From: Octopus vulgaris
Lineage: Eukaryota
Assembly: GCA_951406725.2 (NCBI GenBank)
Contig: OX597816.1
Coordinates: forward strand, 34,968,001-35,032,000
Direction of reading: 5' to 3'
Length of the DNA: 64,000 nucleotides
Translations under genes and position numbers: made by a program
In this document: positions 52,378 to 64,000 of the stretch, piece after piece
Layout of the letters: every line of letters begins with the position of its first letter
How positions within the stretch are numbered: the first letter of the stretch is position 1
The notes under the pieces: model-generated
Seen by the model: only the letters and a program-made list of their open reading frames with translations
Told to the model about the DNA's origin: nothing
Database searches by the model: none

Positions 52378-54379
52378 AACACACTTATGAGTGTGCGAGT
52401 GTGTGTGTGTGTGTCAGTGTATGTATAAATGGTGAATGTAAAGCGTTTCTTCCGAAACGTTTTCAACAGTTTGTTTCTTCAAATTAATATCGATTGCATT
52501 ATATGTAATGTGGAAAGAATGAATATATATTTTCCCTACTAGAACCAACTTAATATTCATCACAGCTAAATGATTTTTGTAGGTAGGATAAAGCTTTAAG
52601 ATTACCACTTCTATTTTATGTATGCCACTAAAACTGCTGCAATCATAAAGGTGAGTTGTATATGAAAAACGCTTCAATGCAATGTCAGGGAAATTTATAT
52701 ATATATATATATATTTTTAATCTCCTTCAACTGCTAGCTTTACATATTTTGTTTTCAGGTGCTTTTCGCCTTTGATAACGTTATATCAAGGTGACATGTA
52801 AATGTTTCATACATGTGCTAGCAACACGTAGGTAAATTTGAAATAATCCAAGTAAAATGTTCTATAACTATTTTCACTGAAAATTGAGTTGAAAACAAAT
52901 TAATCTGTATTATTATTAGTTGTTAATCACAGGTGGAAGTATTGTTGTTCTAGTATCCTTGAATGAACAATAACGTTGGGTCTTGACATTGAAGCAGTAG
53001 CAAATATTTGAAGAGACTGTAGGAATTCATATTTTTCGCAAAAGTCAAAATGACAACAATGATAGCGGCTTCAAGTAGCACCTGCAGCGAATCCACAGTT
53101 TAGCTTAGAGCAATTTTGTCGACTAATTACGACAGTTTTTCCATATTATTTGCCAAGTATTTATACCAAAATTTTCAGGCAGGCTCAGTTGATCAGATGT
53201 TCGTTGTCATAATACATGTCAATGACGTAAACAGAATTTAGAAAATTAGAAATCACGTTCATCGTACATATATCTTCAGGTATAATGCGCCTTTGCAAAT
53301 CCGAATTATAGTTTATTGTTAAAATTACCGGCGATTTGTTTTCTCAATATAGCATGGCATTTTATACGTAACGCTATATTATTAAATCGAGTGAGTTCGT
53401 GACTCTACTACATTGAAAATGATTATATTCTTGGGGCACTTACAATTCACGACATCAAATTATTGATGTCATTCTCTCATAAGCTGAAGTATCATCACAA
53501 CATATATCAGAGAACGCAGGTATCAATGCCTAAACCAAATACAAATTTAAATATGAAACTAAGCCAAAAGTAAACAACCCTATGCGATCAGCGACTACTG
53601 GAACAAAGTTCTCGCGTGTGTAATAGAAAGTCCGTTTATCTTAATTGAAAGTAATATAATCGGTTAGATTTCATGCGCATAAAGTTCTGTATCATCTGCT
53701 AACATTGCAAATGTACCTTATTTCTATTCCTTACCTGACTCATTTCAAATCTCTCTCATTTGAACACGTAACGACAATAATACCAATTATGTAGCTAATT
53801 CTAGAAATATAATAAATATTAATTATGGCAATCCTAATTTCAATTAGTGTAAATTATCATGTGGGTTTACTGCAATATGTCATTAATTACCATCTACGTG
53901 TGTTACATACAAGATAAATTATGCAGGCATATAATTAAATATGGCTCTTGTTTCATTGGCACGAATATGTGATTTTCTATATGTAAAGGAATCTTCAATT
54001 TAGCATATTTCTGGTGTCTGCCGTAGCACACTTTGTTAAGATGGACTTCTTTCTCTCCCACCGACAAATGCGTTTTCTTATATACGAAATTGAACTTTCT
54101 CCTCCTACACGCACTCACACGCACACACATATATGGTTAAAATGATTTTGAGATTCTTCAGCTAGATCATGTGCTGCATATTGTTACTAGAGGGGTTGTA
54201 AATTGATTCGTCATTAAAGCCACTATTGGTTACGGCATTGTTGAAGTAGGGGGCTCGCTTCTCAAAAACTTCTTTTGAGGAAAACCTGATAGCCAACATT
54301 AGCAACAGAATATCTAACGGCTCATCTTTTAAAGAAATGTTTGAGGGGACAGCCCCCTACAACAATAATACCCTATTAT

Positions 54380-55060
54380 TGTAGCTCTAATAATGAAATA
54401 ATTTACAAACACCCTAGTACGAATAAGAAAACTAGACCTAAATATAGACCTAGGAGAACAATTTGGTTCGTCCCCCCTTAATGCTGAGGCCAACCTATGT
54501 AACAGCTTCCAGTTTCTCTTACAGCAACATTCTCCCATAAATCACAGGTACAGAAAAATATTCAACAGGTGCTTAGTCAAATTATCAGGTAAATGCTGTC
54601 CGAAAATGAAGAACATCATTACACGGAAAAACCACTAAGAGCCTACTCCCATTTTTAACACAGGAATTTGCCCACTCGATCAGGAGTGCATGATTAAATC
54701 CACACATACATGAGGCCGAAGTTACAGCAAATTTGTATGTTGTCATAACCGAAAAGATTTACATCGGACTATGTGAAGATGACATCAAAAATCGCTACGC
54801 TAATCACATATCTTTCTTTTGACATCGGGACAACAGTGAAGCCACTAATGTTGGCTGGATATCTATGCGTTTTCAAGTCTACACCACCACACCAAATATA
54901 ATCAAGCGGAAAATAACTGACAAGTCCGCACCATATGTCAACAGATCGAAAAATATAAGCTGTACGTAGCTCAAAGGTCACAGATCCATTTCGGATCTAA
55001 GACGTCCACAACACGGGCTGGGTTACAAATCTGAAATGGTGAATTTGAAAATACCACTCA
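54380..55060 (+). mobile_element. Penelope-like fragment (linker and GIY-YIG)
   Basis: HRYRKIFNR..VKLS..CCPKMKNII, CPLDQECM, EKIYIGLCEDDIKNRYANH are typical of PLE GIY-YIG regions. Frameshifted. Confidence 0.8.
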
Positions 55061-57535
55061 CGCCAAACAGTACTGCATATTCTAAGCCCCCATCCATTTA
55101 GCCTCTTGAATTTACGGCCAAAAAGCTACGTTACTCTAATCCCCCCATTTTTTATTTTTTCTCTTCCGTTTTCCTGTGTTTTCAACCTGACACCTTTCAC
55201 ATCTACTTATTTATTGCCTTTTCTGATAATTTTCTTATTCTATCGTTCTGGTTTAGCATGGCATACCACGTGGATTGAGCCTTAGGATCGCGTGAATGCA
55301 CCAATCTTGTTATAAAATGCTGTTTCAGTTGTTTTTAATTGCATGAAAATATTATTGTGCATATCAAATAATATATTTACTCTGCATATTGATTAATAGT
55401 ATTTCTCACCAGATGGAGTATTAAACCGAGTATAGAAACAATGTTTGTTTATATTTCGTTATTTTGTTCTGGTCGTTCATAGATAGGTTTACAAATGAAC
55501 TGAACTACAGCGATTTGTTAGTTCCCATCTGTTGTTTTCAATTACAATTCTGCATTTTCACCCCTTAAATGTTCCTAACTCACTCAGTCAGTTATCCAAA
55601 GAAAGCTGCTGGTGTATCACTTCTTGATATTGCTATTCAATTTAGTAGGTGCGTTTATTACAGCAGCTTACATTCGTTGCTATAGCGTATTTAATCGTCG
55701 TTTATACATATTTTATCAAACGTAATCGCTCTGTTTGTATGAAACTCATTTTTTCTTTTCATTTTCTTAGCAAAACAAAGATACACTTAGAAACCTAGGA
55801 ATATCGGTGATGATATTTTTGTATGAGGCATACGTCTATATATTCTCGTAGTGGAAACTGTCAATCATTAATTTGCTGCCAAAAGAAATGAACTGGGCTC
55901 TTACGCCGAGTTTCGACTGCTATATATAAACTTCATTAAAATTATAACATTTAACAGCCTGACAAAGTTTTTAAACAACAGTGACAATTTTTTTTTTTTT
56001 TTTAACAGTGAATAAATTAGCGATATAATTTTATACCATGAAAATATTTTATGATTTGTGCAACTAAAATGGTTGTATACTTTGACAATAGAAGTGATAT
56101 TTTAAAGCGATGGTAAGTAAATATTTAGGGATTTTAGTTCCCTATCGGTTTAATTCATTTTGCATATTTCAAATATTTTACTCGCCTCAGTATGGGAATG
56201 TTCAGATAGAAATATTTCAGCATTTCTTTAGCTGCGTATGGTGATGTCAGATAGCTAATGTAATCTATTTAGATTAAGTTTCTTGATTTGGTATATTCTA
56301 TTTCGTTATCATCTATGATTGTTGTGTCTTAACTATTATCAGGTATTTGGGTGTTTTAATTCTTTGGAGTTTAAACTGACTTTCAAATTTCAGATCAATT
56401 GAGCATCCTTTCCTATCGAGTTAAAGGTTGTTTCGTTGTCATTTCTATGGAATGATGCGTATAGTAACTTTTCTTCAGGGACTCTTATTTTGTAATGGAA
56501 GTTAGATTCGATGTTTGAGGGGTGATAATAATGATTATATGCAGTACGGTGGTTGTTTATCACTACATTTCATTGTAATGTGTACATTATTGTTTATTCA
56601 TTTAGCGTTTTGAAATTATTAAGTTAATTCAATGACAAATGTTCACAGACTGAAGCAGTTATAAGGTAATGTTTCCACTTTCGTAGTACATATTAATGGA
56701 AGAGAGAAAGAGCAGTTTTAGTGTTGATTATTCATGTATTTGCACTGCCAAATTACATTATGACAACAGCTGCATCCGAGCATTTGTATGCAAATGTTGC
56801 CTTCGAATCTGAAAAGTGTTGATGGTATTTTGTCCTCCAAAGATTAGTCCTCAAACTATTCGCAGAAATTCTTTTTCGGTTTATACGCTCTAAATGTTAT
56901 CGACAAAGGGAGATGTATAAAAATGCTTGTATGTATTATGAAATGAAACAGAGGGAGTGAGATTTAAAAAAAAAAACGAGGGATACAAGGAGTCATTGAC
57001 TGAAATCATAAACTGACCACGGCCCTTGCAGCCGATACAAAAGCTTCTAACTCACTTCCAATTGGGTACAAGTAGATATCATTCAGTGTGTATTGTCTTC
57101 TATATCCCCAGTTAAAATTCAAATCGTATTTAGTTTTCTGCATTTGACAAATTAATTCCTGTATGACAGCGGATTCGTGTGCTACGTTTTGCAAAATATT
57201 AATTCTCATTATTATTTCAAGAAACAGAGAACCAAATTAGTGGATGTGTGTGTGGATGTATGTGAGTGTGTGGATGTATGTGAGTGTGTGAATGAGTGTG
57301 TGTGCGCTTTTATGTGCTTGTGTGCGTTCGTGTGTGTATGCATATATATATATAAATATATGTACGTATACACACACATATTTAGTTCGTAATGCCATGT
57401 GGGCAGTGTCTGATGATTGTGCTGGGACATCAGACGCGTTATGAAACAATGGGTTCGAATTTTCTCAGCACATGAAATTAATAGTAGCACATAAAAACAT
57501 ACATTGTGTTTATTAAATATCATCATATATAGAGG

Positions 57536-57754
57536 ATTGGCCAAAAGTCATCCGACAGTAAATCAAAATTCTATAACAATTTCATTCATTCCAATTATGA
57601 ATGTTTAATGATTGAATGCCGTGAGTTAATATCACCAGTTTTTTTCTCAACGTTTGTGTAGTTAGTAGTGAATTGAAGTCTTATATATAATATATTTTTG
57701 TTTTAATCTTGGAATTAAATGGGTTTTGATTTACTGTTAGGTGGATTTTGGCCA

Positions 57755-57756
<2 letters not shown>
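57536..57756. mobile_element. Tc1/mariner-type MITE
   Basis: ~35-bp inverted ends TTGGCCAAAAGTCATCCGACAGTAAATCAAAA / TTTTGATTTACTGTTAGGTGGATTTTGGCCAA, in a TA context. Confidence 0.75.
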
Positions 57757-57811
<55 letters not shown>

Positions 57812-59392
57812 AATTGGAAATAGGAAACCTTTTTAGTATAATTTATATATTCACCATTGTAAACATTTCATCTAAACGTATATTTTCTATTCTCTGATTC
57901 CCTCTCTGACGAATTTCTAGTAGATGTCTTACAATTTTCTTTTACATGTCTATTCGATTCCTTACTTCTTTATCCGACATGCATGATTCTGTAATTCCTA
58001 AGAGCAAGTGAAACATGTGTAATGATGAATAAATAAGAACGAATTATTTCCGGCTTCCTGTTGTGATATATGTAATTAATCTGAAAACAATGTTCCCAGC
58101 ATTTTAACCTCTGATGTGTACGGCGCATAAATATAAAAAAAAAACTACATACAAAATTTCAGTACGGGAATAGCCAGGCGTGTATCAAGCGGACACAACT
58201 TGGATTTTAAACACAACTTGGATTTTTACCCTACATAATTATATACCAAATATATGTGTGTGCGTGTGCATGTCTGTGTGAGTTTTCCGCGCGTGAGAGT
58301 TGAGGTGTAACTTCTTTCCTAGCTCAACTTTCTCAATAAAGTTTCTGGTCTCATGCATTATTAGAAAACATTAAATTCTACATTCTTTTATGGTTCTTCC
58401 AGATTGTCATTTTTCTCCATGGCACTTTCGCATAATGAATATTTATTGCCTTTTTATCTCTTATATTTTAAATAACAATTTAAATGTATTCTCACCTCGA
58501 TTTTTCTGAAAGGCACGATCTTCTTACTTCCAAATCAATATTTATATCTCCAAGATAATTCAAGAAAGCATATTACCGTTCATTCCATATTTACGTTAAA
58601 GCAAGTAGCTTGCACATGCCACCAAATATTAATGTACACACACTCAAACACATCACACACACACAACATACTCACACACTCACTCACTCACTCATACACA
58701 CACATAATATTTACACTCATATATTACTTTTCCGTTAGTATTTTAATATTTGAAGTAATTATTGATCGATGTTAAGCATATGAAGGAAACTCGTTTAAAT
58801 TTAGCATGAAATTTGCTACGTTGTATTTTTGTAGATTGCTTTCTTTCATTATGCACACATTTATCAAGTTATTTCTTTCTTTATACAAGAGCGTCATTAA
58901 TGTATACATCTCTATCAGAAATCATTTCAAATCAATGTTAAGTTCAATCTTACGATTAATGTTGTGTATAATTAACATAAGGTATAAAGAAAGAAATACA
59001 GATGAGGTTGATTATTATATTCAAACAAATGTGTTTTATTAAATGCTTGTCAGTTGATCATTATAACTTGGATGACAATAGAATGTTAGGTTATTGTTCA
59101 AACTATAATGAAACAGATGAGAACATACAGATATTTCTCCTGTCAATACAAATTCGAAATGCGTTTTTCGACAGGCGTATCATTTTTCCAAAGGTTGAAT
59201 AAAGAATGAATCAACATATTTCTTGTTGAATTATACATAAGAATAATATAATTAGGAAGGAAATCCAGAGAGGAAGAGGAAACTAATTCATCACTACCGA
59301 TTCAGAGCGTAGATTTTATTCAAGTGGCAACAATTAAACCTTACTCAAAATACTTTTTTGCTAAATGAGGACGCATTTAAAACATTTACATA

Positions 59393-59565
59393 CATACAAA
59401 GGTGTTGAATAGCTCCTGGCTTTGGTTAAATAAAAATGCAGAGGTATCAGTTTATTATAATATTATTCAACATGTCTCCCTCTCAGATTCCCACACTGTT
59501 TGGAACGGTCCTTGAGTTTTCCTATGCCATGTAAAAGATCTCGGATAGTTAGTACCTCCACGTAT
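59393..59565 (-). mobile_element. Short mariner derivative
   Basis: Minus-strand KLKDRSKQCGNLRGRHVE* resembles the mariner C-terminus. Degenerate inverted ends. Confidence 0.6.
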
Positions 59566-59976
59566 ACGTGTGTGTGTGTTTACGTGTGTGTGTGTACGTG
59601 CGTATTTATATATGAATGCAATTGTGTATGCATGCATGTATAAAACACACACACACACACATGCAATCAAATATGTCTTTTATATTTTACATTTTGCAAT
59701 CATTAAGATTCGTCCATGTAACGGCGATGCTTTGAATAATTTTAGTTGAACGCATCGACCGCAGTACTTATTTCTTTAGCCTTCTATTAACTCTATCCGT
59801 CTTTCGTCTAATGCTATGTTTATGGGTACGTATACATACCAGCCTTAGATGTCAAGTGTAGATAAGGTAAGAATGGAATGTTCGTTTATAGTGTGTAAAT
59901 GAAGTTTAGAAAAATTGTATATACGCAAGAACGCACGCATACATATACAAACATACATATATGAATCCCTACATCC

Positions 59977-60070
<94 letters not shown>

Positions 60071-60214
60071 GTTTTGACGGTTTTGTAAACTTTTGCTGTC
60101 TCAATATGCGGATGAATGTAACTAATGTTTATGTACACAGCAATACACATACCTCTACACATACACACACACGCACACACACATACATACACATAATTAT
60201 GTATATACATACAT

Positions 60215-60263
<49 letters not shown>

Positions 60264-60388
60264 GATGTATATATATATATGTTAGGTTATTGTTCAAACT
60301 ATAATGAAACAGATGAGAACATACAGATATTTCTCCTGTCAATACAAATTCGAAATGCGTTTATATATATATATATTGACACGTACAT

Positions 60389-61447
60389 ATCAGGCTGAAT
60401 AAAAAGTAAGCAAACATTTGAAGCGTAAAGAATTTGTACAGGATTTTTGCAGAGTTTTGAATTTAACGGGGTTTTTTTTTTTTGCAATTGGCTGATAAGA
60501 ATAGACATAGATTTGTTCAAATACATCCCTAAATTGACATTGATATTTATTTGTTACAATCGTCTGAAAGCGCGATATTCTAGGAAATTTGCTATTTAAC
60601 TTCAAAACAGGACGCAAGTCAGCTTAAACATTTTGCGATATCAACAAAACCTTTGGTGAGGAAATGACCAGTGAACGGTCAGCTCAAAAGTGGTTTAAAC
60701 CTTTCTGCAATGGAGACCTGAGCCTTCATGAACGTGCGCGTTGTGAACGCCCATCTGTCATCGATGACGATCAATTAAAGACCATCATTGAGAAAGATGG
60801 TATTGCAACTGAAAATTGGTTCAGTACAATGGTGATAGAAAAACATTCTTCGCGGATGTTGGCCCAAAATGAAGCACCGAAATCCTTCCCTAAACCCGAG
60901 CTCTTGAAAAAGAATATTATGGAGAGTGTTTAGTGGTGTACTGTTGGGCGGATACACTTTACATGCTTAAAACCCGGAAAAACCTTACTGTAGGATTATG
61001 TTTCCATGGAATTGCCGAAATGTGCAAACATCTGCAACTCCGCCGTCCCAGACTGGTCAACAGAACAGGTCAATCATTCTTCATGACAATTCTCGACCAC
61101 ACGTTTCCCTGATAAGGCTGCAGACGTTGAGGGCACTTGACTATCGACTTCTTCCGCACCCAGCTTATTCCCAAGACCTTTCTCCTACTGCCTACCATGT
61201 TTTCAAGCAGGTTGATATTTTAAGGAGTACAAAAATCAAACCGATGCTGAAAGTGTGTTCAAAGAGTTCGTAAGCTCCAGAACTCTAGATTTTTATGTTA
61301 CCGGAATAAACAAATTTGTAACTCGTAAGCAAAAATGTGTTGATTGTAATGGCACTTAATTTGATGAATAATATTTCCGCATTGTTAAAATATATTGTGA
61401 TGAATTTCACGTTTCAAAAACGTGCCTTTTTTTTACCCACATTTGCA
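60389..61447 (+). mobile_element. Internally deleted mariner pseudogene (similar to 8800-9218)
   Basis: SERSAQKWF..FCNGDLSL, IILHDNSRPHVS..LPHPAYSQDLSPTAYHVFK, GINKFVTR. Confidence 0.9.
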
Positions 61448-61452
61448 TATGC

Positions 61453-61485
<33 letters not shown>

Positions 61486-61699
61486 CAAACCGATATACGT
61501 CCATACGCGTGTACACAACACAGGCTTGTATGCGTCTATTCTTACACATATGCATATGTACGTAGATATAGATCTATATACATACAGGTTTAAATACCTA
61601 CCTTCATATACTAATAAATAAATTACTTGCGTATGCATAGTCTGATGTAATATTTCGAAATACAAAAATTACTTCTTCAGATACCCCTAGGAGTTGATC

Positions 61700-62310
61700 G
61701 TGTCACTGCTATAATCGGTTTCCCAATGTGTTTTCTTTTTCGGAAGCGTCTTTGAAAATAACGGAAGGAGAGATCCACACCGAGTTTCACAGGAAAGCAA
61801 CCAGTAGAGATAAGTATGTTCAGTATAGTTCTGCACATCCACTCGGTGCCAAAATAGGATACGCCAGAAATGAACTTGTACGCATGCAGAACAAGTGCAA
61901 CTGGACAGAGGGCAAGGTGACTCACTACACGCTTCCTAGAGATATTCAAAACCAACGGGTACCCTATATACATTGTAACTTGTGTTAAGCACCCAAGAAG
62001 ACAAACACACCGAACACACTGAAAAACAGCAACACAGGTTTCATCAATATACCACATTTTAGCGAGAGGATAACTACAGCCACGCAAAGAGCTATAAGAA
62101 GAGATGGATTAGATATACAACTAGCTCACTTCGACTCCTCTCTGAGAAAATGCCTCGCAAAGAAACGAGCAAGGGACAGCAATCCATGCACACTAGCAAA
62201 CAGCCCCGTCCGTGACACAGATTTATGCCAACGGGTAACAGCTGTATATAGAATACAACGTAACGAATGCAACAAGTTCTATGTCGGTAGAAACAACAAA
62301 ACCGATAAAT
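61700..62310 (+). mobile_element. Penelope-like fragment (RT thumb and GIY-YIG start)
   Basis: IHTEFHRKAT..YVQYSSAHP..K (61728-61988) and AVYRIQRNECNKFYVG (~62240-62290). Confidence 0.8.
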
Positions 62311-64000
62311 AGTAGCATTATTATGTTACATTATAACATAAATAAATTATTGGATTGTCAATTGAATCTCTGTATTTAATTTATTGTTTGTAATCTGCAT
62401 TAGTATTCAACTGACGTACCATGTTTTACACACCCCTTTGAAGGAATTCCTTTCCTTAGTTTGTTACTCTCTCTCTCTCTCTCTCTCTCTCTCCCCGATA
62501 TATATATATATGAATATGTATGTATACATAATTATTATGAAATATTGAGTAGAATGCATTGCATTGTATTGTATAAAGGATCGTGGGCGAGGCCAAGAGA
62601 ATGCGAAGTAAATGCAAGGTAAATCACAAGAAAGCAAATATGTGAATTACTGTAGATTTACCTTGTATTCAATATTTAGAGTTTATGACACCATTTTCAA
62701 GAAATTGACGAATGTTGCCAATGTGCATGTTCGGAGTGAACATGCACCACTCCATTCCACTTTGTAAACAAAGACTTGTGTGTGTATTTATTTGAAATAC
62801 GCCAGAAATGAACTTGTACATATATTTATTTCTGTCTAAATATCTTGTGAAATTTATTTGATAGGGAAGAAGTTATTAATTCACAAATATCTGTAAAATA
62901 CATAAAATATTCACTTATTAGATTGCTAATATTTCGGTGATGTCATCTGCTATGTCACAATAATTAGATGAAATTTTATATTGATTTTGATTATCACTGT
63001 TAATGATCTCTTTCTGAAAGTTGAAAAGAAAGAGGGAACTGAGAAATTAAGTAGAAAGATTATATTTAATTTTTCGCTTCAGTTTTCTGGTATTTCCTTT
63101 TGCTGCCACCTTTAGAACAACATTTTTCTGGCACATACTCCAAAGCACATTACAAAGATATTGATTTTACAGTTATCGATTTTATTAACATAAACGCATA
63201 TTGATTATATTATTTTAACATAGCGCTGCGTTTCCCAAAGTGTAGGTGAGTTTTAAGAAGATAAAATTAGCCAATTAAACTCTAACCGAGAGTACAACAT
63301 TTCAAAGCCATAGTATACAAAACAAATTATCAATATATGAAGGAAAAAAATAAAGAGATTTAGGTAGTTAAGAAAATCTCTATAAGAGAAATTACCGGAA
63401 CAAAAATACTACGATTAATCTTCTAAAGCGGATCCAATTCACTGCCTGATGTTGTTTCAGAACTGAAAGAAAAAGTAAAAAAGCGTAAGTATGTTACGTC
63501 AACAACTGCATTTGAGGAAAAAAAAACACAATCACATACTAATATAAAGACTGGTAATCTATGGATGCTTTGCTGTTAATTGTATCGACATTTTTGTATT
63601 TTTCATTTTTAAATAGTCGTTATGAAAGAATGATGTATAGAATTTAACATCATGTACAAACTGCTGCATTCTTCACGTCATTTCCTATCTGTTTCAGTAA
63701 ATGTTGTTTCTCTTTCCATATCTCTAAACCTAAAGATTTTGAAATTGTTTCGCATTTTCTTATTGCGTTTTCACTAACTGTTTGTAAGAGGGGAATTATC
63801 TAAGTAGATTACATAAATATTAAGTTTGCCTAAACATGCATAGAATTCAGTCGCTTCAATGATAAAATAGTAATTTTAGACTATATTGTTACACTAATTC
63901 ATTAATATAATTACTACTTCAAATACATAAGCAGAAAATTTCCAGTTTTGTCATCTGATAAAATTAAGCTTGGTGTGTTTGGCAGGCCACATATTAGATG

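Noticed and set aside
57006-57209. 67-aa non-repetitive ORF
   Set aside because: No recognisable domain or convincing splice context, and such a length is expected by chance.

Overview
AT-rich, microsatellite-dense animal genomic DNA. The SINE families and repeat landscape look like an octopus genome, which is an inference from recall rather than a search. I cannot support any host protein-coding gene, and most ORF-track entries are microsatellite read-throughs. The window is a dense, nested set of mobile elements: RTE LINEs (one near full length and nested inside a Helitron), a very young CR1-group ORF2 broken only by two single-A deletions, R4/Dong-like and HERO-like RLE retrotransposons, Penelope-like (GIY-YIG) fragments, several mariner remnants and MITEs, and three tRNA-derived SINE families. 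The most notable unexplained structures are: (i) recurrent type I hammerhead-ribozyme-like motifs shortly upstream of (TA)n junctions; (ii) local templated copies, including a Helitron helicase segment placed in frame in an RTE reverse transcriptase; (iii) a ~550-bp non-coding unit stacked in tandem on (AAT)n behind a Dong-like element; (iv) long foldback palindromes. Boundaries of degenerate elements are approximate.
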